Source of the DNA: Lama guanicoe
Taxonomy: Eukaryota
Length of the DNA stretch: 62,000 nt
Assembly (NCBI GenBank): GCA_013239625.1
Contig: MU053652.1
Coordinates: 1,240,001-1,302,000, forward strand
Reading direction: 5' to 3'
Part shown: piece after piece, positions 12,307 to 22,635 of the stretch
How positions within the stretch are numbered: position 1 is the first letter of the stretch
How the letters are laid out: each line of letters starts with the position of its first letter
Position numbers and translations under genes: made by a program
Notes under the pieces: generated by a model
Told to the model about the DNA's origin: nothing
Database searches by the model: none
Seen by the model: only the letters and a program-made list of their open reading frames with translations

Positions 12307-13242
12307 TTGCAGCCAGAATCCACTAAGGAGACAAACTCATCAGTTATTTTTACAGGGAGAATTTAATGTAAGAATTGTTAATGAGGCACTTAAGAGCTGG
12401 AAAGGGGAAACAACAGAACAACTCTAGGGTAGTGCTGTTCAAAAGAACTGTAACATGAGCCATCTATGTAATTAAAATTTTTCAAGGAACCATATCAAAA
12501 TAAGAAAAAAGAGGTGAAGATAATTCTAAAATATTTTATTTTCCCCAATATATTCAAAATGTTATTTTAACATACAGTCAATATGATATATATTAATGAG
12601 ACATTCTTATTTACATCCTAAGTATTAAAAGTCCAGTGTGTATTTTATACCACCAGCACATCTCAGTTTGGACAGGCTGAATTTCTTGGGCTTAATAGCC
12701 ACCTGAGGCTAGTATCAGCTGTATTGGACAGTGTAGCTCTAAGCTATCCCAGAGGTAGCCCAGGCAGGAGGTGGACATTAAAACTGAAGCTTGGAGGAGG
12801 GGCTCTGTGGAGCTGCAGCTCAGGTCTCTGAGGAGGGTAGCAATCCTATCTCCTATCTGGTCTTGAGAGGCCAGTGGGTCTGGGACCCACTGATTTTTGA
12901 GGAGTCTGCCAAAAGACAGGGCTGATGTCTCCAGAGTAGGGTGCAGTAGGGTTGATTTTGCAAGTGTGGGCAAACTGCAGACTGGATTGATCTGCTGCTG
13001 CAGGAGCAGGTGCTGCTGCTGGTGTGAGCAGTGAGGCCCGAGTGATGCTAGAAGGCATACTGCAAACAGAGTTCTTTTTCCTCCTGCAGCCTGTAGGCTC
13101 CCTCTGGCACCCTCTATTGGCAGAGCCTAACAGGGACCCAGCGGCAAAGCAGGAATGGGGTTTGAGACTCCCAGCTCCCACTTCACAAGGCAGACGATAG
13201 AAGAGGGGTGTGAGGCCGAGTTGTAGCTAAATATCTGACACA
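12307..13242 (-). mobile_element. LTR78/LTR33-like ERV solo LTR, interrupted by MER33
   Basis: cagttatttttacagggagaatttaatgtaagaattgttaa at the left end and cctctattggcagagcctaacaggga..ggcaaagcaggaatg..tgacaca at the right end are characteristic of these LTRs. Confidence 0.75.
12430..12736 (+). mobile_element. MER33 (hAT-Charlie), full length
   Basis: Terminal inverted repeats tagtgctgttcaaaa / tattggacagtgtag. Degenerate 8-bp TSD ctctaggg (12422-12429) / ctctaagc (12737-12744). Confidence 0.9.
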
Positions 13243-13779
13243 CTAGCCCATCTCAAGAAGACTCTTAAAGAATTCTAACCAAATTACAATTCAGTTACAA
13301 CAGAGACCTTGAACTAGAGAAGGGTGGAAAGGAGAAGAAGCCCTCCTGAGGCTCTGTCTTTGCACTGTGTATGTGGTTGGAGGACAGACTGGGAACAGCT
13401 AATAAAGCTACTAATACGGGTTCTTGAAAATGAAGATTAATTCTTAATGAGAAAGCTAAGAATTGTATAAATTTAAAAGCACTGAACTCTTAGCTAAGAG
13501 TTGGGGGTGGAATGGGGAGTCAAAGCATTTAAATGATATAATCTTACTGAGTTTGCAGAGGGCAGCCGTCAAAAAATTAGTAGGAATTTTGTTTTTAAAC
13601 AGTAGGAGGCAAAAAAAAGTGTGAATGTTCAGGAAGGAAATGACCACTAATCACGTGGAAAAATACTGCAGATCTTTTTGAGAGGGGGAGAGAATGTATG
13701 GTAACTTGATAAAGCTGGGAAAATAAGGGAAAAAAGATAACAAAGTTAAGATTAATAGTAAACATAATATAAAATGAAA

Positions 13780-14175
13780 GAAATAAATTGAAGTGTTATC
13801 AGTTGCTATACTGTTAATAATTATGACTGGCCACAATCACCCATTTAAAGATCTTGCTGCCAGATTCTATGACAACACCCCCCATCAGAGCTATGTATTT
13901 ATATAACATACACTTAAAACTTAAAACAAAGTAATTTGTTTTAATCTAATAAAAGTTAAAAAGTTAATGGATTGGCATAGCTGTACCAAACAAGAAGAAT
14001 TATGATGAACAAAGATACAAAGAAAGGTTATAAACACTAAACAAAGTAAAAAAGCACAATTATGTAATGATAACAAAGTTAATAAAGACAGCAGTCATTA
14101 ACCTTTATGCATCAATCAAATTAGCAGCTCAATATGAGAGACAAAAGTGATTAGAAATACAAAGACTACTTTTAA
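13780..14175 (+). mobile_element. Ancient L1 ORF2 endonuclease-region relic
   Basis: A-rich decayed segment with attaacctttatgcatcaatcaaattagcagctcaatatgagagacaaaagtgattagaaatac (NxYAPN..YIKQKL-like). Confidence 0.55.
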
Positions 14176-15931
14176 AATATAATAAAGGAATTTGTGTAAT
14201 TATTCTTTCTTTAAAAATGTGTACTGTGGGCTTGATGGAGGAATCTGCTAAGTTTTAACATTAAAGCATCTACCATAAAAAGCGCTGGAGTGGGTTAGGT
14301 GCCATCTGTGTATATTTGAGAGGCATGATGCAGGTGGAGGGAAGAGTCTGCAGTTTAGTTCAAGCTTGAAAGTCCTTTGAATTAGGAAAGAAGAAAAATA
14401 TTGATTCTTTCCTCCTACAAATCTTAGAAGGGAGAATAGAAATATCTTCTCTCTCTCTGGCCAAAAGTTGCCCAAGACTTAACAATTTACCAAGGACATA
14501 ATTTCAAAATATGTGTCCTGGCAAAAAATGTGTCTTTTAACAAAAAAAAAAATACAAATGCAAAACGCTGTAAAAGGCTTGATGTGTATTTTGTAGACTG
14601 AGGATTGTAAGATGCTGTCATTTCTTCATAGCTCAGAGCCCAACCATGACTCTCAGGTCACCAAACCAGGAATATTGTCCTAGTTTCCTAACTTCAGGAG
14701 GCAGCCATCTCACATTGTCATCTGTCCTGGCTCAGGTCCATCCGAGATGAGGTCAGCACTTGCCAGAGGAGTTGCTGTCTTGCTTTGCCAGCCCGATGAA
14801 AGGGATTTGCTTCAGAGATACCTGCATTTGACTTCTAGTTCCTTTTTCCTCCAACGACTTTCTGGTTGTCCTCCTCTAGCATCTTAGTAAATAAACAGCT
14901 GCCACACCCATCCAATGTATGTTTGCAAGGGAGAGGGGTGTAGATACTTTCAAAACCTGTCTCTAACAGTAGCGAGTCTTGCACAGGCATTTCCTTCCAC
15001 TTCGTCTATAAAACAGTTAATGTCCAAGCCCTGCTGATACGGGACAGTTCAGTGGTGTGTGCCTCTGCCTCCCCACTCCTACCGTTGTTCATTGTATTTT
15101 GATATTCTGACAACTGATGTATACTTTAAGATAGAATTTGATTATTGGGGTTTAAGATGCCTCTAAATATTCATTTTAAGCCAAATAAAAAAAGAGGCCA
15201 TAGGTTCTTCTGGTAGATGGAAGACAAGGGGCTTTGGAATGTTGTCTTAGGGAATTCTTGAGGGAGGAGAGTGTGTGGGCCATGGACACAGTGACATTAA
15301 ATTGTGAACTAAAATCGAATTCTTTTCAAATATAAATGAATTTTCCTGTGCAGGAAAAGAATGTATTTGGTAAGAAAAAGTTCTCAGAAAATCCAGGACA
15401 GGTAGAACCTATTCTCAAGTGAGACTTGAAATAGGGACTCGAGGTACAAAGTAATATACAATGTGTAGATGGGAGGTGAGCACCTCGAAGAGGGAGATGA
15501 GAACCGTTTAGGATTATAGCTGTGGGTAATCCCCGATGATAGCTGTAGGCTTCCACTTATGGGCTGAGTTTTCCCCCTCTGGCATCATTTTGAAGCCATG
15601 CAGGAGAAGGCCCAGATTGTGACTAAATTTTAGTGTGCTTTAAAACAAAATCGCTTTTTAAAAATGTTCTTGTGGAAAGGAAGGACACCTTGATTGTTAA
15701 ATTTTGAATGACATTTTAAATGATATTTATGTAGAAATGTAGATGACCAAAATAAATGTCCTCTTGGTTATATTCAGAACCAGGTCATAATGCTGGTTAA
15801 GTAATACTGATTTACTGTATGGTTTGCTAGATTGCAGTCATTCAGTGTTCCTAGACAGTGCCATTTCTTGCTAAATTATGATTATATAAAGAGTACTTAT
15901 GCCCCATAATACTAAACTGTGCTCACACTCT

Positions 15932-16055
15932 GTATTCATTTCTTTCAAAAATATTTATTGAATGCCTGCCAACAGCCAGGCACCATTTAGTGTCTGGGTT
16001 ACAGTAGTTAGTGCACAAGACAAAGCTCTTATTCCCCTGGTTTATATTCTAATAG
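15932..16055 (-). mobile_element. L2 3' end
   Basis: attcatttctttcaaaaatatttattgaatgcctgcc..gccaggcacc. Confidence 0.8.
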
Positions 16056-16069
16056 TATAAATATGTATT

Positions 16070-16104
16070 TGTGTGTGTGTGTGAGTGTGTGTGTGTGTGT
16101 GTGT
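16070..16104. repeat. (TG)n microsatellite
   Basis: TG array with one interruption, seen directly. Confidence 0.95.
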
Positions 16105-16119
16105 CGGTTCATGGGTATA

Positions 16120-16350
16120 TCTATAAGAATGTAGACCCCGAAGCCAGCCTGACTGGCTACACCTGTCAGTGGCATTGTGACCTCTGGTAAGTTACCTATA
16201 ACTCCTGTAAGCCTTAGTTTTATATAACTTATCTGTGCCTCAGCTTCCTCGTCTTAAGTTTGATAGTGTTGTTGTGAGGATTAAATGAGTTAACACCTGT
16301 CAGGTGCTTGGAACTGTACCTGCTACAAAGTAAGCATTAATAAATGTGAA
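16120..16350 (+). mobile_element. MIR SINE
   Basis: tctgtgcctcagcttcctc..gttgttgtgaggattaaatgagttaac..gtgcttggaac..taagcattaataaatgt. Confidence 0.82.
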
Positions 16351-19049
16351 ACCTTTATCTGTTACACATATTGATACTATGTATAGTTACATATAGATCC
16401 ATATTATATATGAACGTTACTTGGTTGCATTATTGTCCATTCATCTTCATGTGTTTATTTTGGAACTTCAGTGCATGTACATTTCCTTCCAGGATTTGAA
16501 AAACTTTGAGCTGAGACATACTAATCTTGCTATGTACTTTTATTTTTGTTAAGTCTTATTAATAGAAAGCTGTATACTTGTTTTCTCATTGTTTTTAATA
16601 GTCTAATAATTAGCTCATTGAATTACCCAATTCAGCTTTTCTGTTTAAAAAGTGAATAGTAAACAGTATTTTGAATGCTAGTTCAGCATGTTCTGACAAA
16701 GTATGATGTATTAAAATAAAATTCATGATTAGCATTAAAAGTGACCTTTGAGATTATAGTCACTTATCTTTCTTTCCTGTGTTTGAAACAGTCAAGTACA
16801 TTGCAGTACTATGCAGATATTGTCTGTGTGTAATGGTCATAGTTCAATTTTAGATAAATCATTTCCTCAAATCACTTTATCTGGAACAATCTCAGTTTCC
16901 CATTTATTCTCACCCATTATCTGAGGTTCTTATCAACTTTCTCCCAGTAATATAATGGCCTTATATATTAAATTATAAAGTAATTTTCTAAGCCAGAATT
17001 GTATAGCATTACTTATGCGTCAGCCTACATGAAGATAAATCTGAGTATTTGTGAATGGCCAGATGAACAGTGCATGGGTTCAGAGAAACATTTAGGGCCA
17101 CTGAAAGCCAAACCACTTGGATAAGGGCTGGTAATAACTCTGACTCTGGCAAACTGTGACTTGATATAATGAAAACAAATAAAAAAGGAGCTTCTTTTAA
17201 AAATAATTATGAATAATATGGTGTTTAGAAACTCTCCTTATATGACCGCAGGGATGAATAAGGTAATAGAAACTCATTTGGGAAGTGATATGGGGGGATG
17301 GGGAATGGTTACCCTTCAGGAAGTTTAAGAAGCGTGGCTTTGGAAATGAGACCAGGTTGCTTCATGTTTCCTGTGTGCTTTTATACATTTCAGTTTTTCT
17401 CATGTTAAAAAAGAAGGGAGAGAGTAATGCCTCCTTCATGGGGGATAACAAAGTTGAGTATATAAAAAATGCTTCCTTAAAGTTATCTTTAAAATACCCT
17501 TCCCACTTTCTTAAAACTTTTAGGTTTTTGGGAATAAAATAATATTGGCTGATTTTTACTCAGAAATTGAAATATTAGATTTTATATAACATATCGATAA
17601 GAACTGAATATATATGCGAAGTTTATTTTTTTTCCTTTTAAAGGGCATGTTATAATAGTATTCATAATAGGAGATTGAACTGGTGTTCAGAAATTCATTT
17701 TGCTGGTGTATCTTAAATCTGTTACGTGATTGAGAACAAGAGCTAAGTTGCTGGGGCTTGAGGTATAAGGGCAGAGCTGACTGGTATTTGTTTCATTAAG
17801 CTTAGGCAAGCTATCCAATTACTTAATGCAAATAAGAAAAGTTTACACTAAACTCCTACGTCTTTGCTTAAAACTCCAGAGAATTTAAATGAGGAGAGAT
17901 ATGTATTTAAAAGAAGGAAATTTAAATGAAACTAAAATCAGGGGCTTAATGTAGAATAATATTAGATCAGGAGATCTGATATAGTAAGTGAGAAATGCCA
18001 ATAAATAAAAAAGAGAAAGTATTCTCCAAGATACTTGGTATGTTTAGTTTTATTTTGAGATAATTCTTAAATCTTTGGAAACCTAAGTTAATAATGAAAG
18101 ACGTATGTTTTACATCTCTTGCCCCCCCCCCCCATAATAGGGACCTTAAAAGTAAAGCCCTGTCTTCCCATGTCAATAAGGACTCACCCTTCTTTCTCTT
18201 GAGGAATGTTTACAAAACAACCTGGCTTTGGCTCTACACTCAGGGAGGCTAGGAGCATTCAGGGAGGCCCAGAAAGCAAGATCATCGCATTGGGCTCAAA
18301 ATAAGAGAAAAGTTGGTTGATCGCACAGACACCTATCTTTTCTAGATGGTCATGGAACAGAAAGCCTGACGGAATATAAAAGCAATAGCACCAAGAGGAA
18401 GTTCTGAAAAGAATTCGGAGCTTCAAGATTACAAGCAGTTTTTCTGTGCAAAGTAGTTGTAGTTCGTTAAATGATCTAAATGAATTGGTAAAAGAAACAG
18501 CTTATTTTAAGCAAATATTGCTATAAATGCATTATGTGGAGGGGAGAGGTGGGGAAATGAGGAGCAGTACAATTGAGAAATTTCTAGTCTTTTGCTTTTA
18601 TGTCTAAATGCATTGGACTAAACGAAAGCCCTTGTTACACCATTTTTTTGGAACTCTGCCCTCCAAAATAGTTTGAGAGAGAGCAAAACTTCTAAAATTT
18701 TCTAAATTTTTTCTAACATTGCAAAAACGATTTAAGCTTCAGGGATCCTTCCAAAGCCTTGTACCAACTTGTATTGATAACTCTGTGTGTATGTTTGTGT
18801 GTTTGGTTTTAAGGGAGCTCTTGGTGACTCTAGATCTTCCAGTGTTTGGTATATGAAAAGGCAGCACAAAAGTTTAACTGAAGAAAATAATTTCTCACTG
18901 CCTCTGGACCTGACTAATGTTTCCTTGAAGATACTTTTTCTTTCCTAATAGTGCTCATTTTATGTCCTTTAGATTTCAATTCAAATATCAGCTCCCACCC
19001 AATATAGTTTTATAGCAAACTCACTTAAAAAAAAAAAAAAGGAAGTAGC

Positions 19050-19156
19050 AGAGTTGAAGCTTCATGAGGGTAGGGACTGTATCTCTTGCTCACTGTTATA
19101 TTCTCAGTAATCAGAATAGTTAGTACCTATCACCAGTAATTACATATTGGATGAAT
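19050..19156 (+). mobile_element. L2 3' end
   Basis: aagcttcatgagggtagggactgtatctcttgctcactgttatattctcagta. Confidence 0.7.
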
Positions 19157-19647
19157 TTTTTGCATCCTGTTTACTTTTTCCTAGTGTATGGTTTTTATCA
19201 AGTAGTTGGAAACTCTGAGAATGAGGCTAGAAATATGTGTTCAATGAGTGAAAATGATAAAATTTGGAGATAATAGTTCTTTGTTTCATTTATCCCCTGC
19301 CAGCACCCTTCTCAAGAAGTTTTTGGAATGGGGAATAATATATTTAATGTATGATGTTTGTAGGACTTTTAACTGCAAGGGACCTTAAGACTATAAAGTT
19401 CAACCTTCAGATTTTAAAGCTGAGAAAACAGGTTTGTTAGATTGTTCAAGTAAGTTGCTGGTAAGTAATGAGAATTTGTTCTGGTTCCTACTGCCAGACT
19501 ACCTAAAAATACAGAATTCTGTTTCATAAACAGTCAACAGACCTTTCTTTTCTTTCTTTTTTTTTCATTTTATTTTCAGACATTCTTTTACAATAAACTA
19601 TTTTAGAATTTGTGCAGGTCTACTTGTAAGAACAAACGGAAGTAACT

Positions 19648-19702
19648 GTAAGAAAGGAAAGTTAGAAAGTAAGAAAGGAAAGTTAGAAAGTAAGAAAGGA
19701 AA
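19648..19702. repeat. Perfect 21-bp tandem repeat, 2.6 copies (gtaagaaaggaaagttagaaa)
   Basis: Copies at 19648-19668, 19669-19689 and a partial copy at 19690-19702. Confidence 0.95.
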
Positions 19703-19969
19703 ATTTTTTTTAGTCAGTTTGTGCCATCTCTCTTTAGCCAAGAGTCTAGCATAACTAGGTGTTGATATTTCAGAGGCTCTGAAATGTTGTGGAATGTAAA
19801 ACACCCTATGTTTTAGGGCAGTGTAGTCTGGGATCATCACACTTGTGACCCTTGACATTATGGTGGCTCGGCACTTGTAGGGTTCAGGTTGTGTCTCCAG
19901 ATTCTTAAATCCTTCAGTCTTTTATTTTCTGTAGCTTGTTTCCCGTTTTGTTTGTGGTTGGAAATAGGC

Positions 19970-20116
19970 CACTCATTTGTTCATGTGCACATTCAACAAG
20001 TGTTTTTTGAGCCCCTGCTGTGTGGCCGGCACTGTTTTAAGCACTGGGGATTTAGCAGTGAAAAAAAAACCAGACTAGGTCCTTGCCTTATGGAGCTTAC
20101 AAGCAAGTGGGAAAGA
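19970..20116 (-). mobile_element. L2 3' end
   Basis: cattcaacaagtgttttttgagcccctgctgtgtggccggcactgttttaagcactgggga..ccttgccttatggagcttac. Confidence 0.85.
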
Positions 20117-20359
20117 AAGGAACATGTGCAAGGGTAGGGCTGCTAGAATGTTATAGTCAACTGACATTTTAGGAGTCCTCAAAGATCCTAAAAATAAAGC
20201 AGAACTTCTTATTGGTGAAAAATTGGAAAGAAAAAAAAAGATGGAGAAGACAGAGCTATATGTAGTCATGGTATATGTAGTGAATTTGGAGATTTTCTTC
20301 TTTTCAGAAAATAACTGCTTTCCCTGCATTCCTGACCCCATAGTGGGTACTGTTATTAT

Positions 20360-20575
20360 TATTGCTACTTATCTAATGTGTTGAGTCCTTATTATTATTA
20401 CAGACTTTACACTAAATGCTTTGTGTATATAGAACTCTAAGGTAGGTATTACAGTCTGTTTTACTCCTGAGAATAACAGGACCCAGGGAGGCTAACTGAA
20501 TCACCTACTCAGCTAGTAGGTGGTAGAGCCTTGGTTTGGATCCAGGAGTCCAATACCACAGTTTTTGCATCTGTA
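20360..20575 (-). mobile_element. MIR SINE
   Basis: aactctaaggtaggtatta..gagaataacaggacccagggaggctaa..agctagtaggtggtagagcc. Confidence 0.75.
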
Positions 20576-22009
20576 CCAAATATTGCAAACTAAATAATCT
20601 TTATTTTTATTATAACACTGAAGGCTTTTGAGCTAATGTTTTTGCCTCCTTTTCATTTATTTGCTAAAACTTTATGATATTTCTTAAAGTTGAGCCACTT
20701 TTAACTCCATTTGTAATTAAAATTTATGCCACATGTAAATTAACTCAGAAAAATATAGTTATTAAAATAAACAATACTTTAAAAATTGAAAAAAATTGAT
20801 ACACCAAATATGGAAACTATGAGAGTCTAGTTGTATAGAATTCATTTTATGTTCAAAAACTAATAATGTAAGTTTTATAATAGTTTTATGTATGTATGTA
20901 AAGTGCCTAACACTGTGTTTGGCATATAGTCAGTGATCCATAAACGATAGTAAGTTTTATTATTTTGTCTTAGTTTCTACCTCACTTGTAAAGTAGATTA
21001 TGTATTTTACTTGCAAGTGACAGGTTGGTAAAAATGCTTTAACTGCCTAGTTTTCTAATCTAGTACAGTAACCTCAGCAGTTACCAGCACAATAGCCTTA
21101 GGTGGACCACTTCGTTTTTGCTGTTACTTTCGTTTCCTGTAACTCCAGGATTTATTTGGGTAAAAGTACCTTTGTTTCTATTATTCATCTTTATTCAAGA
21201 CACAAAACCACATCGGTTTAATTGGGGGGGGTACGGGAAGTGTTATAACTTTGGAATATATTTTATAAGGTGTTTTTATCTGTTATAATTGGTTTCTGAG
21301 AATTTCAGAATATCAGGGTGATGTAGCAGTTTAAAAATAGTAACCGAAGATTTTATTTTCTTTAATTCTTTTCAAGAATCTTTTTTAAAACTGAAATTTG
21401 ATAGATTAGTATTGAGTTCAATTTGGTCCTCATCATTCCCACTTGTAAAGTAGATTGCACTCAGAATTTCACTTATACCAACGTAACAGTAACAATTTTA
21501 CTTTTTCTTCTTAAAGCATCGCTTATACTTTTGGGGATAAGATGGTATAGAGAGGTTATTCGCTCAAAGAAGAAAAGGCAATCAGAAAATCTTTGTCCAT
21601 GAGATTAGACTAAAATGAACTCTCATCCAGTGATTCCTGAATACCTTTATGTGCCAGGCACTATGGTGAAGATCTGTGCCAAAGTAATTTATCCTTGTTA
21701 TGCACAGTGAGGGGCGGGTGTTTCAGTGGATTGTAACTCAGTATGATCTAATTGTGTGATGAGGTCACTGATAGACCTAAGGCAATCGGATGCTTCATTA
21801 GAATTAGCACTGTGCACGAATCTTGGGAGATAAAGTTCTTGCTGTCTTATTTTGTTGGACCATGTCACAGTGTTAGATTTAGTTCAGAGCCAAGGGACAA
21901 ATTCGAGTTATTCCACAAGTGAGGAGTCCTGCTATTGAAAAGTCTGGCCATTTTTGCATGAAGAAGTCATTTACTGGGAGGAAGGATACCTTAATTGTGT
22001 TTTTAGTTC

Positions 22010-22115
22010 CCTTCTACAAATGTCAGGTCCATGAGGACAGGTACTGGTCCTTGTTCAGCACTGTGTCATCAATGCCTCACACAGTACGTGGTGTATGTTC
22101 AGTACACAATTGAAT
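22010..22115 (+). mobile_element. L2 3' end
   Basis: aatgtcaggtccatgaggacagg..cttgttcagcactgtgtcatcaatgcctcacacagtacgtgg. Confidence 0.7.
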
Positions 22116-22132
22116 TACTTTTGATGGGAAGA

Positions 22133-22435
22133 TGATGGTTACCTTCAAATATTTGTCTTGTGAATGGCTTGTTAATTAGATGTATTACTTCTGTCTCCAG
22201 AGGGCAGATGGAAGCACCAGGGATGGAATATTTAGGTGGACAGATTTCAATTTGACATAAGAATTTTATAAAGCTAATTCAGCAGTCAGATCGATTAGCT
22301 TTTTAATGTATTTGAGTTCTGTCCTTTTAAATGCTTAGGTAGAGGCTGCATGGTAATTTACTAGAAAATATACCCACTTTTGATCAATTTTAGGCCAAGA
22401 TGATTTCAGCTACTAACTCTATGGCTGTTTCTATT
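22133..22435 (+). mobile_element. L3/CR1 LINE 3' end, about 80 nt upstream of the exon
   Basis: cttcaaatattt..ctccagagggcaga..ggtggacagatttcaatttgacataagaa..agaggctgcatg..gatgatttc match the recalled L3 3' consensus. Confidence 0.72.
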
Positions 22436-22517
22436 TTTTTATTTAAGTATTTCATAAAAAAATAATGTCAGCTACTAAAAAATTTTTTTCTAAGTTAGAT
22501 GTTTGTTGTCTTCTCAG

Positions 22518-22635
22518 ACTTAAGCAAGGCAAGGAACTGGACGGAGAGATGACTTTAACCAATGAGCAGTTAACCAGAGCTATTCTTCGTGAGAGGATAT
22601 CAAATGAGGAGGAACGTGCTAAGGCAAAGCACCTG
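22518..22635 (+). CDS. CHCHD3: CHCHD3/MIC19 internal coding exon (equivalent to human exon 4, 118 nt, phase 2 to phase 0)
   Basis: Acceptor tttgttgtcttctcag|A and donor CACCTG|gtaagt. Translation (R)LKQGKELDGEMTLTNEQLTRAILRERISNEEERAKAKHL matches the recalled human MIC19 segment RLKQAKELDRERAAANEQLTRAILRERICSEEERAKAKHL (32/40 identical). The 118-nt length matches the recalled human exon. Confidence 0.96.

Larger units (their letters stand above)
1..22517 (+). other. CHCHD3: CHCHD3 intron upstream of the exon (3' part of intron 3)
   Basis: No sequence encoding the preceding MIC19 exon (..SDEELKRRVAEELALEQAKKES..) was seen. The region is repeat-rich and ends in a canonical acceptor. Confidence 0.85.
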
